Shown here in pieces: positions 15,001-38,700 of a DNA stretch of 64,000 nt. A model generated the notes under the pieces. That model ran no database searches, was not told the origin of the DNA, and worked only from the letters and a program-made list of their open reading frames with translations. The DNA lies in contig NW_027361824.1 of the NCBI RefSeq assembly GCF_039654945.1, positions 12,772,001-12,836,000 on the forward strand, in the 5' to 3' direction. Every line of letters begins with the position of its first letter. Positions within the stretch are counted from its first letter, which is position 1. This DNA comes from Dendrobates tinctorius (taxonomy: Eukaryota). Made by a program: the position numbers and the translations under genes.

Positions 15001-15495
15001 CCCTTGCTCCCTCCATCTCAGACACTGTGCTCCCCCTTGCTCCCTCCATCTCAGACACTGTGCTCCCCCTTGCTCCCTCCATCTCAGACACTGTGCTCCC
15101 CCTTGCTCCCTCCATCTCAGACACTGTGCTCCCCCTTGCTCCCTCCATCTCAGACACTGTGCTCCCCCTTGCTCCCTCCATCTCAGACACTGTGCTCCCC
15201 CTTGCTCCCTCCATCTCAGACACTGTGCTCCCCCTTGCTCCCTCCATCTCAGACACTGTGCTCCCCCTTGCTCCCTCCATCTCAGACACTGTGCTCCCCC
15301 TTGCCCCCCCCCATCTCAGACACTGTGCTCCCCCTTGCTCCCCCCATCTCAGACACTGTGCCCCCCCTTGCTCCCCCCATCTCAGACACTGTGCTCCCCC
15401 TTGCTCCCTCCATCTCAGACACTGTGCTCCCCTCCATCTCAGACACTGTGCTCCCCCTTGCTCCCCTCCATCTCAGACACTGTGCTCCCCCTTGC
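1..15495. repeat. Large minisatellite/satellite array, ~33-bp unit (CATCTCAGACACTGTGCTCCCCCTTGCTCCCTC) with 23-35 bp variants; runs off the left edge
   Basis: Unit read directly, roughly 470 copies. C-rich + strand. The unit has no TAA/TAG/TGA, which explains the multi-kb ORFs in all three + frames. Confidence 0.98.
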
Positions 15496-15677
15496 ACACT
15501 CTCACGCACTCCCTTTCACGTCACATTCATGGCAGAAGGAGAATTTCTTCTCATGAACTCCAGAAAAGGCAAAGGAGGCAATAATAACCCGACAACAACC
15601 TCGATGTACCAGACACCAGAACACCGCTGCAGAAGAACTACACCTCCCAGCAAGCTTCGCGCTGCAGCCGCATCTGT

Positions 15678-15752
15678 TTCCGCTTCCGGTTGACCGCATA
15701 TAGAGACTTCCGCCGGAAGTGCTTTCCCTTTCCTTTCAGCAGCGCGGAGAAG

Positions 15753-15760
<8 letters not shown>
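15678..15760 (+). promoter_or_regulatory. RPS3: RPS3 core promoter: ETS/GABP sites, TATA-like element, 5'TOP tract, YY1 site
   Basis: TTCCGCTTCCGGT (15678-90); CATATAGAG (15697-705); palindromic ACTTCCG-C-CGGAAGT (15706-20); pyrimidine tract CTTTCCCTTTCCTTTC from 15722; AAGATGGCGG (YY1) over the ATG. This is the typical vertebrate ribosomal-protein promoter layout. Confidence 0.85.
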
Positions 15761-26754
<10,994 letters not shown>

Positions 26755-26789
26755 TGGGTAAGTACGGAGTTGGCGCACAGTCTGTGGAG

Positions 26790-26937
26790 CCTTCAGTGAT
26801 GATCCGATGACGAGTCTGACAGGGCGAGTCCTTTCCTTCTGGGCTCTGTCTGCAGCACGTTCTGTGCTGCTGGCGTCCGCTCAGTGGCATGAGGGCCGTC
26901 CGTCACTTGATGTCTTTGAGGCATTTGTCTGAGAAGG
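26790..26937 (+). ncRNA. SNORD15: Box C/D snoRNA U15 (SNORD15), intron-6 copy
   Basis: CCTTC-AGTGATGA ... GATGACGAGT-CTGA ... GAGGCATTTGT-CTGA-GAAGG. Confidence 0.94.
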
Positions 26938-27592
26938 TTCTAGACACTGAATACAGGGATTGTGGTCATATTGCCTGGGACTCCCAGAGGCTCACTGTGT
27001 AATACAAAATAGCGGCCGGGACTCCCAGAGGCTCACCGTGTAATAAATATGTATATCGATATATAGAGCTATTGGCTATATGCCCAAAATGGTCCAAACT
27101 AGAACTCATTTACCCCAAAACATACAGCAGACTATTAACATCTTCCCGGTCCAAGTCCTAACGTGGGTGCAATCACTGACCCTCTGCCAGTGTGAAAACA
27201 AAGTTCTATAGCAACACTTCCCTAAAAGTCCACAATTATTTAACCGATAAGGTATTGAAGTAAAGAGCAAAATTGAAACACTAGAAATGCCATAAAAATA
27301 CAATGGTGGAATTACAATATTACGCTATCTTGCTGCATTTTACCCATTTTTCACAGTCCGTTCATTGTGCTTGGAACTCGGACTGGGATTCTTAGGCGTC
27401 CGTATTCTTATCACACGTGGCTTTGTGCCACAAGCGCCCCAGTCTACAGACTCGTTCCCGTCGGGACTGGATCAGCCGGGTGATTGCCCACGTCACCCCT
27501 GTAGCTTACAGCTGTGAATGACCTGATGGGTGCGACACGGACTTGTGATGTATTTTCGTTCTGACATTTTTTTTTCTTCTCTCATCTCACAG

Positions 27593-27665
27593 GATGCTGA
27601 ATTCAAGGACGTGAAAGTTTTTGCATACGGCCCAAGTCTGTAAAATAAATGCCAAAAAAACTTAC
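27593..27665 (+). other. RPS3: RPS3 non-coding exon 7 (3'UTR) with poly(A) signal
   Basis: Branch-like CTGAC, strong pyrimidine tract and CAG at 27590-92; AATAAA at 27644-49; GT-rich sequence downstream. The 3' end is approximate. Confidence 0.85.
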
Positions 27666-28188
27666 CTGGCTTGTGTTGCTGTAAATTTTAATGAGAAAAT
27701 GCGCGCTGACCGTTCTTGTGGAAGCTCAGGCCAGGTGGTCTTTCCTGGAGAAGAGATCCAAACAGGCTCCCTTTACTTGTGCAGAATAGTAAATGGGAGC
27801 TGCCAGACAAGATAAGATCCCAAGATCTCGGGTGTCCTCTCTCCATTGTAGTGCACTAAGCCGTTGGTAAAAATGTTTTTACCTTCTGACTTTCAGATCT
27901 CACCATCCACTACTGCTTGGAATGCGAGACAACCATCATTTTATAGACAATCATCTCGGCTATCTCATACATAAATGTGACTTGCAGCTATTTAGCATAG
28001 GATTAGTTACGCAGATTCTTGTCAGGTCACTGCTTTGTTACTATTTTGTTCCTGGTGGTGGGAAATCATTTTCTTCGTCTAAACTACAAATTACAACCTG
28101 TTCTCACATTCCCTAATAGCTCCCTATCAGAATGTCTTTGGAGTGTGGAATTAAACCCAGTGCTGCAAGGCTGCAGTGCTGCCCTGCC

Positions 28189-28736
28189 ATGAAAAAGATT
28201 TCCCAAGAAAAAGGAAATGGCATCATCCATCTCATCGATAGTTGTATTTCAGCCAAGGAAAGTGCCAAACTGCATCATGTGAGCACCATGACAGCTGGAA
28301 GAATACCCTTAATTTTGTATGTGCAGCACACATTGCGGATTTGGCTGAATCCACAGGTAAAATGACCTGCGGATTTCCCCTGCGTTTTTACACCTGTGGA
28401 TTCCTATAATAGAAGAGGTGTGAAAACGCTGCGGATTCCGCACAAAGAATTGACATGCTGCGGAAAATAAGCCGCATTGGTTTTCCATAGGTTTACATGG
28501 TACTGTACACCGCATGGAAAACTGCAGGGCCAATTCCGCAACGTGTGCACATACCCTATGTCTGTCCATGCATTCAGAAGCCAAGAGGTGGATGACCAGG
28601 TCAACAAGTTGGTTCATCACAAGGTCTATCAATTCTGGTGCAAAAAATGAAGCAGTTGAGGTGGCTCGTAGCTTCAGAATGGTAAGATCACAGATATCGA
28701 TGCACATTACACAAGTCTGGAATGGTGTCCCGAAAA
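28189..28736 (+). pseudogene. Decayed N-terminal fragment of a Tc1-like transposase, interrupted by a MITE (28317-28556) and cut off by the DIRS element
   Basis: MKKISQEKGNGIIHLIDSCISAKESAKLHHVS..., ITRSINSGAKNEAVEVARS and HKSGMVSRK resemble the paired-like HTH region of Tc1 transposases. The MITE has the same TGCGGATT / GTGTGCACATACCC style as 25410-25766. Confidence 0.55.
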
Positions 28737-31700
28737 ATAGAATTGGACTTGTTGGTAATTCGGTTTCTAATAACCCCCTATGACAGCACACGGGAGGATG
28801 TAATCTCATCCTAATAGGGACGGGAGGCAGGAAAGAGGTCAAATAGCCGCTCACTCCTCTTTTCCCCAGTGTTATAAATGACCACAATAGTATGAACGCT
28901 TTAAATCATATTTATTATTGCTGCATCCAATAACTGAGCAAGGGAAGGGAGTTATCCGTGCTGTCGTGGTGGGTTATTAGAAACCAAATTACTGGTAAGT
29001 CTAATTCTCTTTTGTATAATAACCCCTCATGACAGCACTCAGGAGGAGTACCAAAGACTAATGTCTGAGGGACAACCGCCAGGAGAATCTCCCAAAAGCT
29101 AAATCCTTAATGAATGTAGTCTGTAGTGTTTGACAAAGGGTGTGGACAGACCAGGTAGTGGCTCTGCATATCTGTTCGATGGAGGCGCTGGCTTTTTGTG
29201 CCCATAAGACTGCCACTGATCTGGTGGAATGAGCCGTGAACTTCTGTGGAGGTGTAAGATTCAACAATTGCTCTTTTAATCCAATTGGCCATCATAGTCT
29301 TTGATGCCTTCTTTCCCCTATTCTGACCATAGGGTTGAACAAATAGGTTGTTATCCTTCATCCATTCTTTGGTTACATGGAGATCATGCAGGACTACTCT
29401 CCTTACACCAAGAGAATGTAACTCTTCTTTCTGTTCTTTGGGTTTTGGCAGAAGGAAGGTAATTTTATGTCTTGATTTTTTTTTTTTAAATTTTTTTATG
29501 AAAGTCTGAAACTACCTTAGGTGGAAATGAAGGGTCAAGGTGTGACGCACCAGCTGGTCTTCCAGTAACTCTGGTAGGGTTCATATATTGTCTCCCCCCA
29601 CATGTCTAGCTGTTGTGATTGCCACCAAGAACACTGATTTCCAGGACATTTTGTCCAGCATTATTGATTAGTATGGGCTCAAATGGCGGAAGAGTCACCC
29701 CTTTCAGGACAATATTAAGGTGCCAGGTGAGGACCAGATTGATTGGTGTGGGATGAAGGCTGCTGTCTTGAATCGTTTCACCCAGCTATGTTCAGCCAGG
29801 GTCTGGTCGAAGTATGAACTCCATGCCGCCACCTGAACTTTTAGAATACTGGGTCTGAGTCCTTTTTCCAAGTCTTGTAGGAAGTCCATGATCTGGGCAA
29901 TGTTTGGTTGTCTGGAAACCGATGCCTACCATGAAACACTTCTTCCAGGTCTTGTGATGCATGCTGTTTGTTACCAGTTTTCTACTTTAGGGTAGGATGT
30001 TTGACCCTTTCTGAGAGACCTTTTGGCCTTTAGAATCGAAAACTCAGAAGCCAAGCTGTTGGATGCAAGTTCTTGATGGCAGATTGGCCCTTGGTGCAGG
30101 AGATCTCTGACTGGTGGAAGGATTAGGGGACCGTCCACCCACAGGCTGGTTATAGTGCTGAATCAACTCCTTTTTGGCCAGAGGGGTGCGACCAGAATGA
30201 CTGGTCTGCTCAAACCTTATTTTCTGCAGTCTTTGGTAAAACTGGAATTGGAGGAAAGGAGTAGGCTAGATTGGACCTCCATTGGTGAACGAAAGCGTCT
30301 ATGCTTAGACAGGTGTCTTCTGGTTTCAGTGAGAAATGGTGGGTCACCTTTGTATTCTGGTGTCCCACAAATAGGTTGACCTCTGGGTAACCCCACTTCT
30401 TAACATCTGGAAGCCCTCTGGAATCAGACTCCACTCTCCTGGGTGGGATATCCCTTCTGCTTAGGAAGTCTTGCCTGCTTTGTTGCCTGCTCCCCTTTTA
30501 TATGGAGGCTGATATGGATAGAAGATTCTCTTCAGCCCAAGAAAATATTCTTGATGAAATGCCTTTTTGGTCTTCATGGCTCCAGCTTCCCATGTGATGG
30601 ATGTGTTCGACTGTAGTCACATTGTCCAAATAGATTTTCACGTGGGTACCTCGAATCAATTTTGTTGCTGCCGTGAGGCTTTCTTCCACTGCCTTCAATT
30701 CCCTGAAATTTGAGGACGGATGTCTGGCATCCACTTCTATGGTGGTCAGCGGGATCTGGATCCAAGGAACTCCCGTGTTAAGCTTCCTTGGCTTGTTCCA
30801 CCAAGATAACGATGTCCTGGGTAGGTATCGAAATCCTATTCAGCGACCTAGGGGATCCATCACACACTTCAGGAATATAGGTCTGAAGGTCTCTGGAGTG
30901 TGCCTAGGCTACTGTCGGGATGAAGGATGTCATCTAGCCAACATGGTGAATCTCAAAGACACCGACTTTCTGCTCTGCAGGATGTTCACCTTTGACCTGA
31001 GCTGGATCTCTTTTGCCAAAAAAAAAAAAAATGTTTGCTCTTGAGAATCCAGAAGACCTCCTAAGAATGTCTTTGTTGAAGGGACCATATGTGACTTCTC
31101 GTGGTTTACCAGCCACCCCAGAGACAACAGGCTCTAGGACGTTGTCTATATGCTCCTGTAGTCATAGCACTGAGGGAGCTACTAGCAGGAAGTCGTTGAG
31201 ATATGGGATAATGCAGATCTGTCGACTTCTGATGTGAGCCATGACCTCTGCCATAATTTTCATGAATAATCGGGGTGCTGAAGATATTCTGAATGGGAGC
31301 ACTTTCAATTGGTAATGTGTTATCTGCTTCCTGTGGGCAACCGCGAATCTCATAAATGTCTAGTAGTTGGGATGAATCAGGACATGAGCGTATATCGCGG
31401 GAGTAAGTGACCCCTGTTCTTATCCATCTCCAGGATAGTGAAACGGCTCCTAAGGCCAGAAGGTTCTTCAGACCGGAATTCATTGTGTCTTGGAGCTTCT
31501 GTGCAGAGTTGTTCTCACTCTCTGTGGCCGGTAGGAGGTAAACTCTAACTTCACTCCTTCTTGGAAGGATTTTAGAACCCACGGGTTGGTGCACACCTGT
31601 CATTGTGGAGGGTAATGCAAGATACTCTCCTTCAGCCGCCTTTGGGGGGGTAGCTCCCTCTGCCTGGTTTCCTGTAACCCCTGGATTGGGAAGATGGCTC

Positions 31701-32520
31701 CTGAGGGAGCCAAATGGACCTCTTCCTTGTCCCAAGCATTCTCCAACAAATCATCTAGGGCTGCTCCGAACATGTATTTTCCCTTGAAGGGAGTAGATAA
31801 TAGCTTCATTTTTAATGATACATCGCCACCCCGTGATTTCAGCCAAAGACCCCATCTCACTGAGTTGGATAAGGCTGATGACCTTGCCGCTACCCTGAGT
31901 GACTCTGCCGAGGCATCTGCTAAGAATGCTGCAGCTTTCTGTAGAAGGGGTAGTGAGGCGAGGATTTCTTCTGTGGGAGAACCTGCCACCAGGTGTTCGT
32001 CTAGCTGCACTAGCCCGCAAGATATTGCTCTGACTACGGATGTAGAAACCGCATTTGTATTTGATGTCCTTGCCGAGGTTTCACAGGACTTCCTCAGGAG
32101 GCCCTCCATGATGTGCTCTAGTCTAGAGGATTCTTTAAGTGGGGGGAATTCTCAAATGGTAAGGTAGTCTTCGTAGCAACGTGAGCGACCTGAATTGTCT
32201 ACCTTGGGCACCTCGAACCACCATTCTGTGGTGTCCTCATCTACAGGAAATCTGTCCTTCAAGGGGATACGGAGCCTCCTTTTTTTTTTTTTTTTTTTTT
32301 TTTTGGAGAATCCAATTCTTCCAGATTTTGATTGTCTATTAAATGGTGGCAGTTTCACGTTCCAAGCAGTAGTGGATGGTGAGATATGGAGCCTGGAAGT
32401 CAGGACATTGTTACCCTTTGAGGTCCACTTCCATGCTGATCCACAGATGTTCCCTAGAAGGATGATGGTCTGGAGTAGTCTACAGTGCATGGTGGGAATT
32501 GTAGTGTGACACCTAAACGT
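28731..32520 (-). mobile_element. Degenerate DIRS1-type tyrosine-recombinase retrotransposon
   Basis: Minus-strand fragments in DIRS order: gag-like (AAAFLADASAES...PFKGKYMFG), RT (YQLKVLPF..SAPRLF..IPYLNDFLL), RNase H (SSNFRELKAV..YLDNVTTV), MTase-like (PEVNLF..AYSFPP), YR (AHSTRSVA..EQICRATTWS). Terminal/internal complementary repeats at 28732-29047. Many frameshifts; 5' limit approximate. Confidence 0.88.
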
Positions 32521-32919
32521 GCTGCTGCACGGAGGGTAATCGGAAGTTTCGGATGTAGCGTCAGCGTTCTATTCTGCTATTGTCTTCCCAGAATACCCCT
32601 ATAATGCTTACAGCTGTGCATGGTCTCCGATTACCCAATCTGATGGCTACACTTACCACACACTGCCATCTGCTGGTCACAACATAGACTGCAGTATGCG
32701 ACGGGCTAGAAATTGTGAGAAATGATGGCACACAGTCATACAAAAACAATTTCACTTACCAACAATTTACAAGATATTGGAGAGACCTACATTTGATGTT
32801 TGAATTCAGGGGAAAATTAGAACTATGTAATTCTGAGAGTTGTGTTACCACCCTAAATATAACTCCCAGCAGAGTATACAACACATCATAAGTTATGCAA
32901 AATATCATTACTGAATGAG

Positions 32920-35263
32920 CTGTATTCTTGTACATAGGGGGCAGTATTATAGTAGTTATATTCTTGTACATAGGGGGCAGTATTATAGTAGTTATATTCT
33001 TGTACATAGGGGGCAGTATTATAGTAGTTATATTCTTGTACATAGGGGGCAGTATTATAGTAGTTATATTCTTGTACATAGGGAACAGTATTATAGTAGT
33101 TATATTCTTGTAGATAGGGGGCAGTATTATAGTAGTTATATTCTTGTAGATAGGGGGCAGTATTATTGTAGTTATATTCTTGTACATAGGGGGCAGTATT
33201 ATAGTAGTTATATTCTTGTACATAGGGGGCAGTATTATAGTAGTTATATTCTTGTACATAGGGGGCAGTATTATAGTAGTTATATTCTTGTACATAGGGG
33301 GCAGTATTATAGTAGTTATATTCTTGTACATAGGGGGCAGTATTATAGTAGTTATATTCTTGTACATAGGGGGCAGTATTATAGTAGTTATATTCTTGTA
33401 CATAGGGGGCAGTATTATAGTAGTTATATTCTTGTACATAGGGGGCAGTATTATAGTAGTTATATTCTTGTACATAGGGGGCAGTATTATAGTAGTTATA
33501 TTCTTGTACATAGGGAACAGTATTATAGTAGTTAAATTCTTGTAGATAGGGGGCAGTATTATAGTAGTTATATTCTTGTACATAGGGGGCAGTATTATTG
33601 TAGTTATATTCTTGTACATAGGGGGCAGTATTATAGTAGTTATATTCTTGTACATAGGGGGCAGTATTATAGTAGTTATATTCTTGTACATAGGGGGCAG
33701 TATTATAGTAGTTATATTCTTGTACATAGGGGGCAGTATTATAGTAGTTATATTCTTGTACATAGGGGGCAGTATTATAGTAGTTATATTCTTGTACATA
33801 GGGGGCAGTATTATAGTAGTTATATTCTTGTACATAGGGGGCAGTATTATAGTAGTTATATTCTTGTACATAGGGGCAGTATTATAGTAGTTACTGTATA
33901 TTCTTGTACATAGGGGCAGTATTATAGTAGTTATATTCTTGTACATAGGGGGCAGTATTATAGTAGTTATATTCTTGTACATAGGGGCGGTATTATAGTA
34001 GTTATATTCTTGTACATAGGAGCAGTATTATAGTAGTTGTATTCTTGTACATAGGAGCAGTATTATAGTAGTTGTATTCTTGTACATAGGAGCAGTATTA
34101 TAGTAGTTATATTCTTGTACATAGGGGCAGTATTATAGTAGTTATATTCTTGTATATAGGGGGCAGTATTATAGTAGTTACTGTATATTCTTGTACATAG
34201 GGGCAGTATTATAGTAGTTATATTCTTGTATATAGGGGGCAGTATTATAGTAGTTGTATTGTACATAGGGGCAGTATTATAGTAGTTATATTCTTGTACA
34301 TAGGGGGCAGTATTATAGTAGTTATATTCTTGTACATAGGGGGCAGTATTATAGTAGTTATATTCTTGTACATAGGAGCAGTATTATAGTAGTTATATTC
34401 TTGTACATAGGGGGCAGTATTATAGTAGTTACTGTATATTCTTGTACATAGGGGCAGTATTATAGTAGTTATATTCTTGTATATAGGGGGCAGTATTATA
34501 GTAGTTACTGTATATTCTTGTACATAGGGGCAGTATTATAGTAGTTATATTCTTGTATATAGGGGGCAGTATTATAGTAGTTGTATTGTACATAGGGGCA
34601 GTATTATAGTAGTTATATTCTTGTACATAGGGGGCAGTATTATAGTAGTTATATTCTTGTACATAGGAGCAGTATTATAGTAGTTATATTCTTGTACATA
34701 GGGGCAGTATTATAGTAGTTATATTCTTGTATATAGGGGGCAGTATTATAGTAGTTACTGTATATTCTTGTACATAGGGGCAGTATTATAGTAGTTATAT
34801 TCTTGTATATAGGGGGCAGTATTATAGTAGTTGTATTGTACATAGGGGCAGTATTATAGTAGTTATATTCTTGTACATAGGGGGCAGTATTATAGTAGTT
34901 ATATTCTTGTACATAGGAGCAGTATTAAAGTAGTTATATTCTTGTACATAGGGGGCAGTATTATAGTAGTTACTGTATATTCTTGTACATAGGGGCAGTA
35001 TTATAGTAGTTATATTCTTGTATATAGGGGGCAGTATTATAGTAGTTGTATTCTTGTACGTAGGGGCAGTATTATAGTAGTTATATTCTTGTACATAGGG
35101 GGCAGTATTATAGTAGTTGTATTCTTGTATATAGGGGACAGTATTATAGTAGTTATATTCTTGTACATAGGGGGCAGTATTATAGTAGTTGTATTCTTGT
35201 ACATAGGGGCAGTATTATAGTAGTTATATTCTTGTACATAGGGGGCAGTATTATAGTAGTTAT
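32920..35263. repeat. 36-bp minisatellite (TATTCTTGTACATAGGGGGCAGTATTATAGTAGTTA)
   Basis: About 65 tandem copies; gives the spurious (MYKNITTIILPP)n ORF. Confidence 0.97.
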
Positions 35264-35265
35264 AG

Positions 35266-35490
35266 TCTCCGGACTTGTCTCCCATGGCTGCAGCATCTCT
35301 GGACTTGTCTCCCATCGAACACATCTGGATGCTATTGGCTGTTGATTACACAGGAGCTGCCAGCAGCGGATCTTGATGATTTGCCCAAGTACATTCAGCG
35401 GCAGAACCTTTCCCAGATGACCATTAATGACCTCAGTGATAGCAGCAAAGGTTGGAGTTGGATGTTTACTCAAGGCTCAAACTCCAGGCA
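35266..35490 (+). pseudogene. Short Tc1 transposase C-terminal remnant
   Basis: TCTCTGGACTTGTCTCCCATCGAACACATCTGG = SLDLSPIEHIW, matching the Tc1 SPDLxPIE motif; the motif start is locally duplicated. Confidence 0.55.
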
Positions 35491-35775
35491 TATTAAGTTG
35501 TTTTTTTTTTTTGCCATATTTTCATAATTTGCAGAACCGTTAACGTCTCCATCCTGTAATGTCTTTCTTGGTGTGGCAATTTCAATGTGCAAAATATTTC
35601 CTTGACACTTCAAGCTCTGCTACATCTGCACAAGTTCAATAAGGATAAAGCTGGCTACAGTTTCTGATTTACTTACCAATTGAAAAAACTACAATTCCCA
35701 GAATATTGAACAGGACAAAGTCGGCTAATAAATCATCTGATCTACTGGCAACAACAAATTTATAGATTAAATTAA

Positions 35776-38700
35776 CCCCTTCCTGACATCCGACGTACTA
35801 TCCCATCCACGGTACCCGGGCCCGTATGACCGTGGACGGGATAGTACGTCTACCGCGATCAGCGGCGCCCACGTGGTGAGCGCCGCTGATAGTGCCGGGT
35901 GTCAGCTGTGATAATCAGCTGACACCCGGCCGCGATGTGTCAGGGGCGGTCACAGACCGCCCCCGACACGTTAACCCCTTGCACACCGCGATCAAACATG
36001 ATCGAGGTGTACCGGGAGTTAAAGGGAAGCATCGGCAGGGAGGGGGCTCCCTCCTTGCTTCCCTGAGCCCCCCACGGCAGCGCTGCTGCGGGGGACTCCT
36101 ATCCTCCAGGCCCCCGAATCCAAGATGGCGACGGGGACCTGAGGAAGCTGGCTTCCTCAGTGCCTGCAAAGCGCAGGCAAGAGGAAGTCTTCTTCAATGC
36201 CTGTGACAGATTGCTGATCTGTGATGTGACAGATCAGCGATCTGTCACAGGACAGTGATGTCCCACCTGGGACTGTGTAATAAAGTTAAAAAAAAATGTA
36301 AAAATAAATTTAAAAAAAATCGCCAAATAAATTTGAAAAAAAAAAAAAAATATTCCCTCAATAAATCCATTTTTTGGAAATAATAAAAAAAAAAAACAAT
36401 AAAAGTACACATTAGGTATCGCCGCGTCCGTAATGACCCACCCTATAAAACTGTCCCATTAGTTAACCCTTTTAGCGAACCCCTTAAAAAACAAAAATAA
36501 AAAATGAAGCAAAAAATAATGATTTATTATCATACCGCCAAACAAAGTGTAATAACGCGCGATCAAAAAGACGCATATAAATATCCATGGTACCGCTGAA
36601 AACGACATCTTGTCCCGCAAAAAACGAGCCGCCACACAGCATCATCAGCGAAAAAATAAAAAAGTTATAGCTCACAGAATAAAGCAATGCAAAAATAATT
36701 ATTTTTTATATAAAATAGTTTTCATTGCATAAAACCGACAAAAACATAAAAAAAACGACCTAAATGAGGTATCGCTGTAACCGTACTGACCCGAAGAATA
36801 AAACCGCTTTATCAATTTTACCGCACGCGGAACGGTGTAAACGCACCCCCCCAAAAGAAATTCATGAAACGCTGGTTTTTGTTCATTCTGCGTCCCAAAA
36901 ATAGGAATAAAAAGCGATCAAAAAATGTCACGTGCCCGAAAATGGTACCAATAAAAACGTCAACTCGTCCCATAAAAAATAAGACCTCACATGACTCAGT
37001 GGGTCAAAATACGGAAAAATTATAGCTCTCAAAATGTGGTGATGCAAAAACTATTTTACAATAAAAAGCGTCTTTTAGCGTGTGACAGCCGCCAAACATA
37101 AAAACCGCCATAAATAGTAAATCAAACCCCCCGTTATCACCCCCTTAGTTAGGGAAAAATAATAAAACTAAAAAAAAAGTATCTCCATTTTCCCGTTAGG
37201 GTAAGGCTGTGTGCACACGCTGCGGATTAGGTGCGGATTCATCCGCGCGGATTTTGTAAAATCCGCAGGTCAAAAGACCTGCGGTTTTACCTGCGGATTG
37301 CTCTGCTGTTTTGTCCTGCGGTTTTTCATCTCAATAGAGGAGATGGCAAACCGCAGGAGAATCCGCAGAAAGAATTGACAAGTCAATTCTTTCTGCGGAT
37401 TGAAAACCGCAGATAATCCGCGTGGAAAATTCCGCACCGTCTGCACTGCGGTTTTTGATTCCCATAGGGAATCATGGTACTGTACACCGCAGCAGCCAAA
37501 ACCGCTGCGGAACCGCAGCAAAATCCGCAGCGTGTGCACACAGCCTTAGGGTTAGGGGTGTGTTGGGGTTAGGGTTGGAGTTATAATTGGGGGGTTTCCA
37601 CTGTTTGGGCACATCAGGTGCTCTCCAAATGCAACATTGCGTCTGATCTCAATTCCAGCCAATTCTGAGTTGAAAAAGTCAAATGGTGCTCCTTCCCTTC
37701 CAAGCTCTGCCATGCGCCCAAACAGTGTTTTACCCCCACATGTAGGGTATCAGCCTACTCAGGACAAATTGCAAAACAATTTTTGGGGTCCAATTTCTCC
37801 TGTTACCCTTAGGAAAATAAAAAATTGGGGGCAAAAATATCATTTTTGTGGAAAAAAATGATTTTTTTATTTTCACGTCCGAGTGTTATAAACTTCTGTG
37901 AAGCACTTGGGGGTTCAAAGTGCTCACCACACATCTAGATAAGTTCCGTGGGGGGTCTAGTTTCCAAAATGGGGTCACTTGTGGGGAGTTTCAATAGTTT
38001 AGGTACATCAGAGGCTCTCCAAACGCACATGACACCCGCAGACCATTCCATCAAAGTCTGCATTCCAAAACGTCACTGCTTCCCTTCCGAGCCCCGACGT
38101 GTGTCCATACAGTAGTTTTCTCCCACATATGGGGTGTCAGCGAACTCAGGCCAAAATGGACAACAACTTTTGGGGGTCCAATTTCTCCTGTTACCCTTGG
38201 GAAAATGAAAAAATTGGACTAATTGATCATGTTTCTGGAAAAAATACGATTTTTTTTATTTTCATGCCCTGGCATTATAAACTTCAGTGAAGCCCTTGGG
38301 GGTTCAAAGTGCTCACCACACATCTAGATAAGTTCCTTAGTGGGTCTAGTTTTCAAAATGGGGTCATTTGTGGGGGGTTTCCACTGTTTAGGTACATTAG
38401 GGGCTCTCCAAAGGCAACATGACACCCGCAGACCATTCCATCAAAGTCTGCATTCCAAAACATCACTACTTCTCTTCCGAGCCCCGACGTGTGCCCATAC
38501 AGTAGTTTTCTCCCACATATGGGTATCAGCATACTCAGGACAAAGTGGACAACAACTTTTGGGGTCCAATTTCTCCTGGTACCCTTGGGAAAAGTAAAAA
38601 AATGGTGACTAAAAGATCATGTTTGTGGAAAAAATACGAATTATTTATTTTCACACCCGGGCATTATAAACTTCTGTGAAGCACTGGGGGGGTCAAAGTG

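Noticed and set aside
21-15693. ORFs of up to 5220 aa in the satellite
   Set aside because: The repeat unit is stop-free in all + frames and unit indels swap frames constantly; there is no domain content.
32756-33982. 408-aa (MYKNITTIILPP)n ORF, and similar ORFs at 16175-18539, 47845-49325 and 61694-63216
   Set aside because: Translations of minisatellites.
37195-37580. TTAGGG-like repeats suggesting an interstitial telomere
   Set aside because: Only a few degenerate copies, inside the piggyBac-like element.
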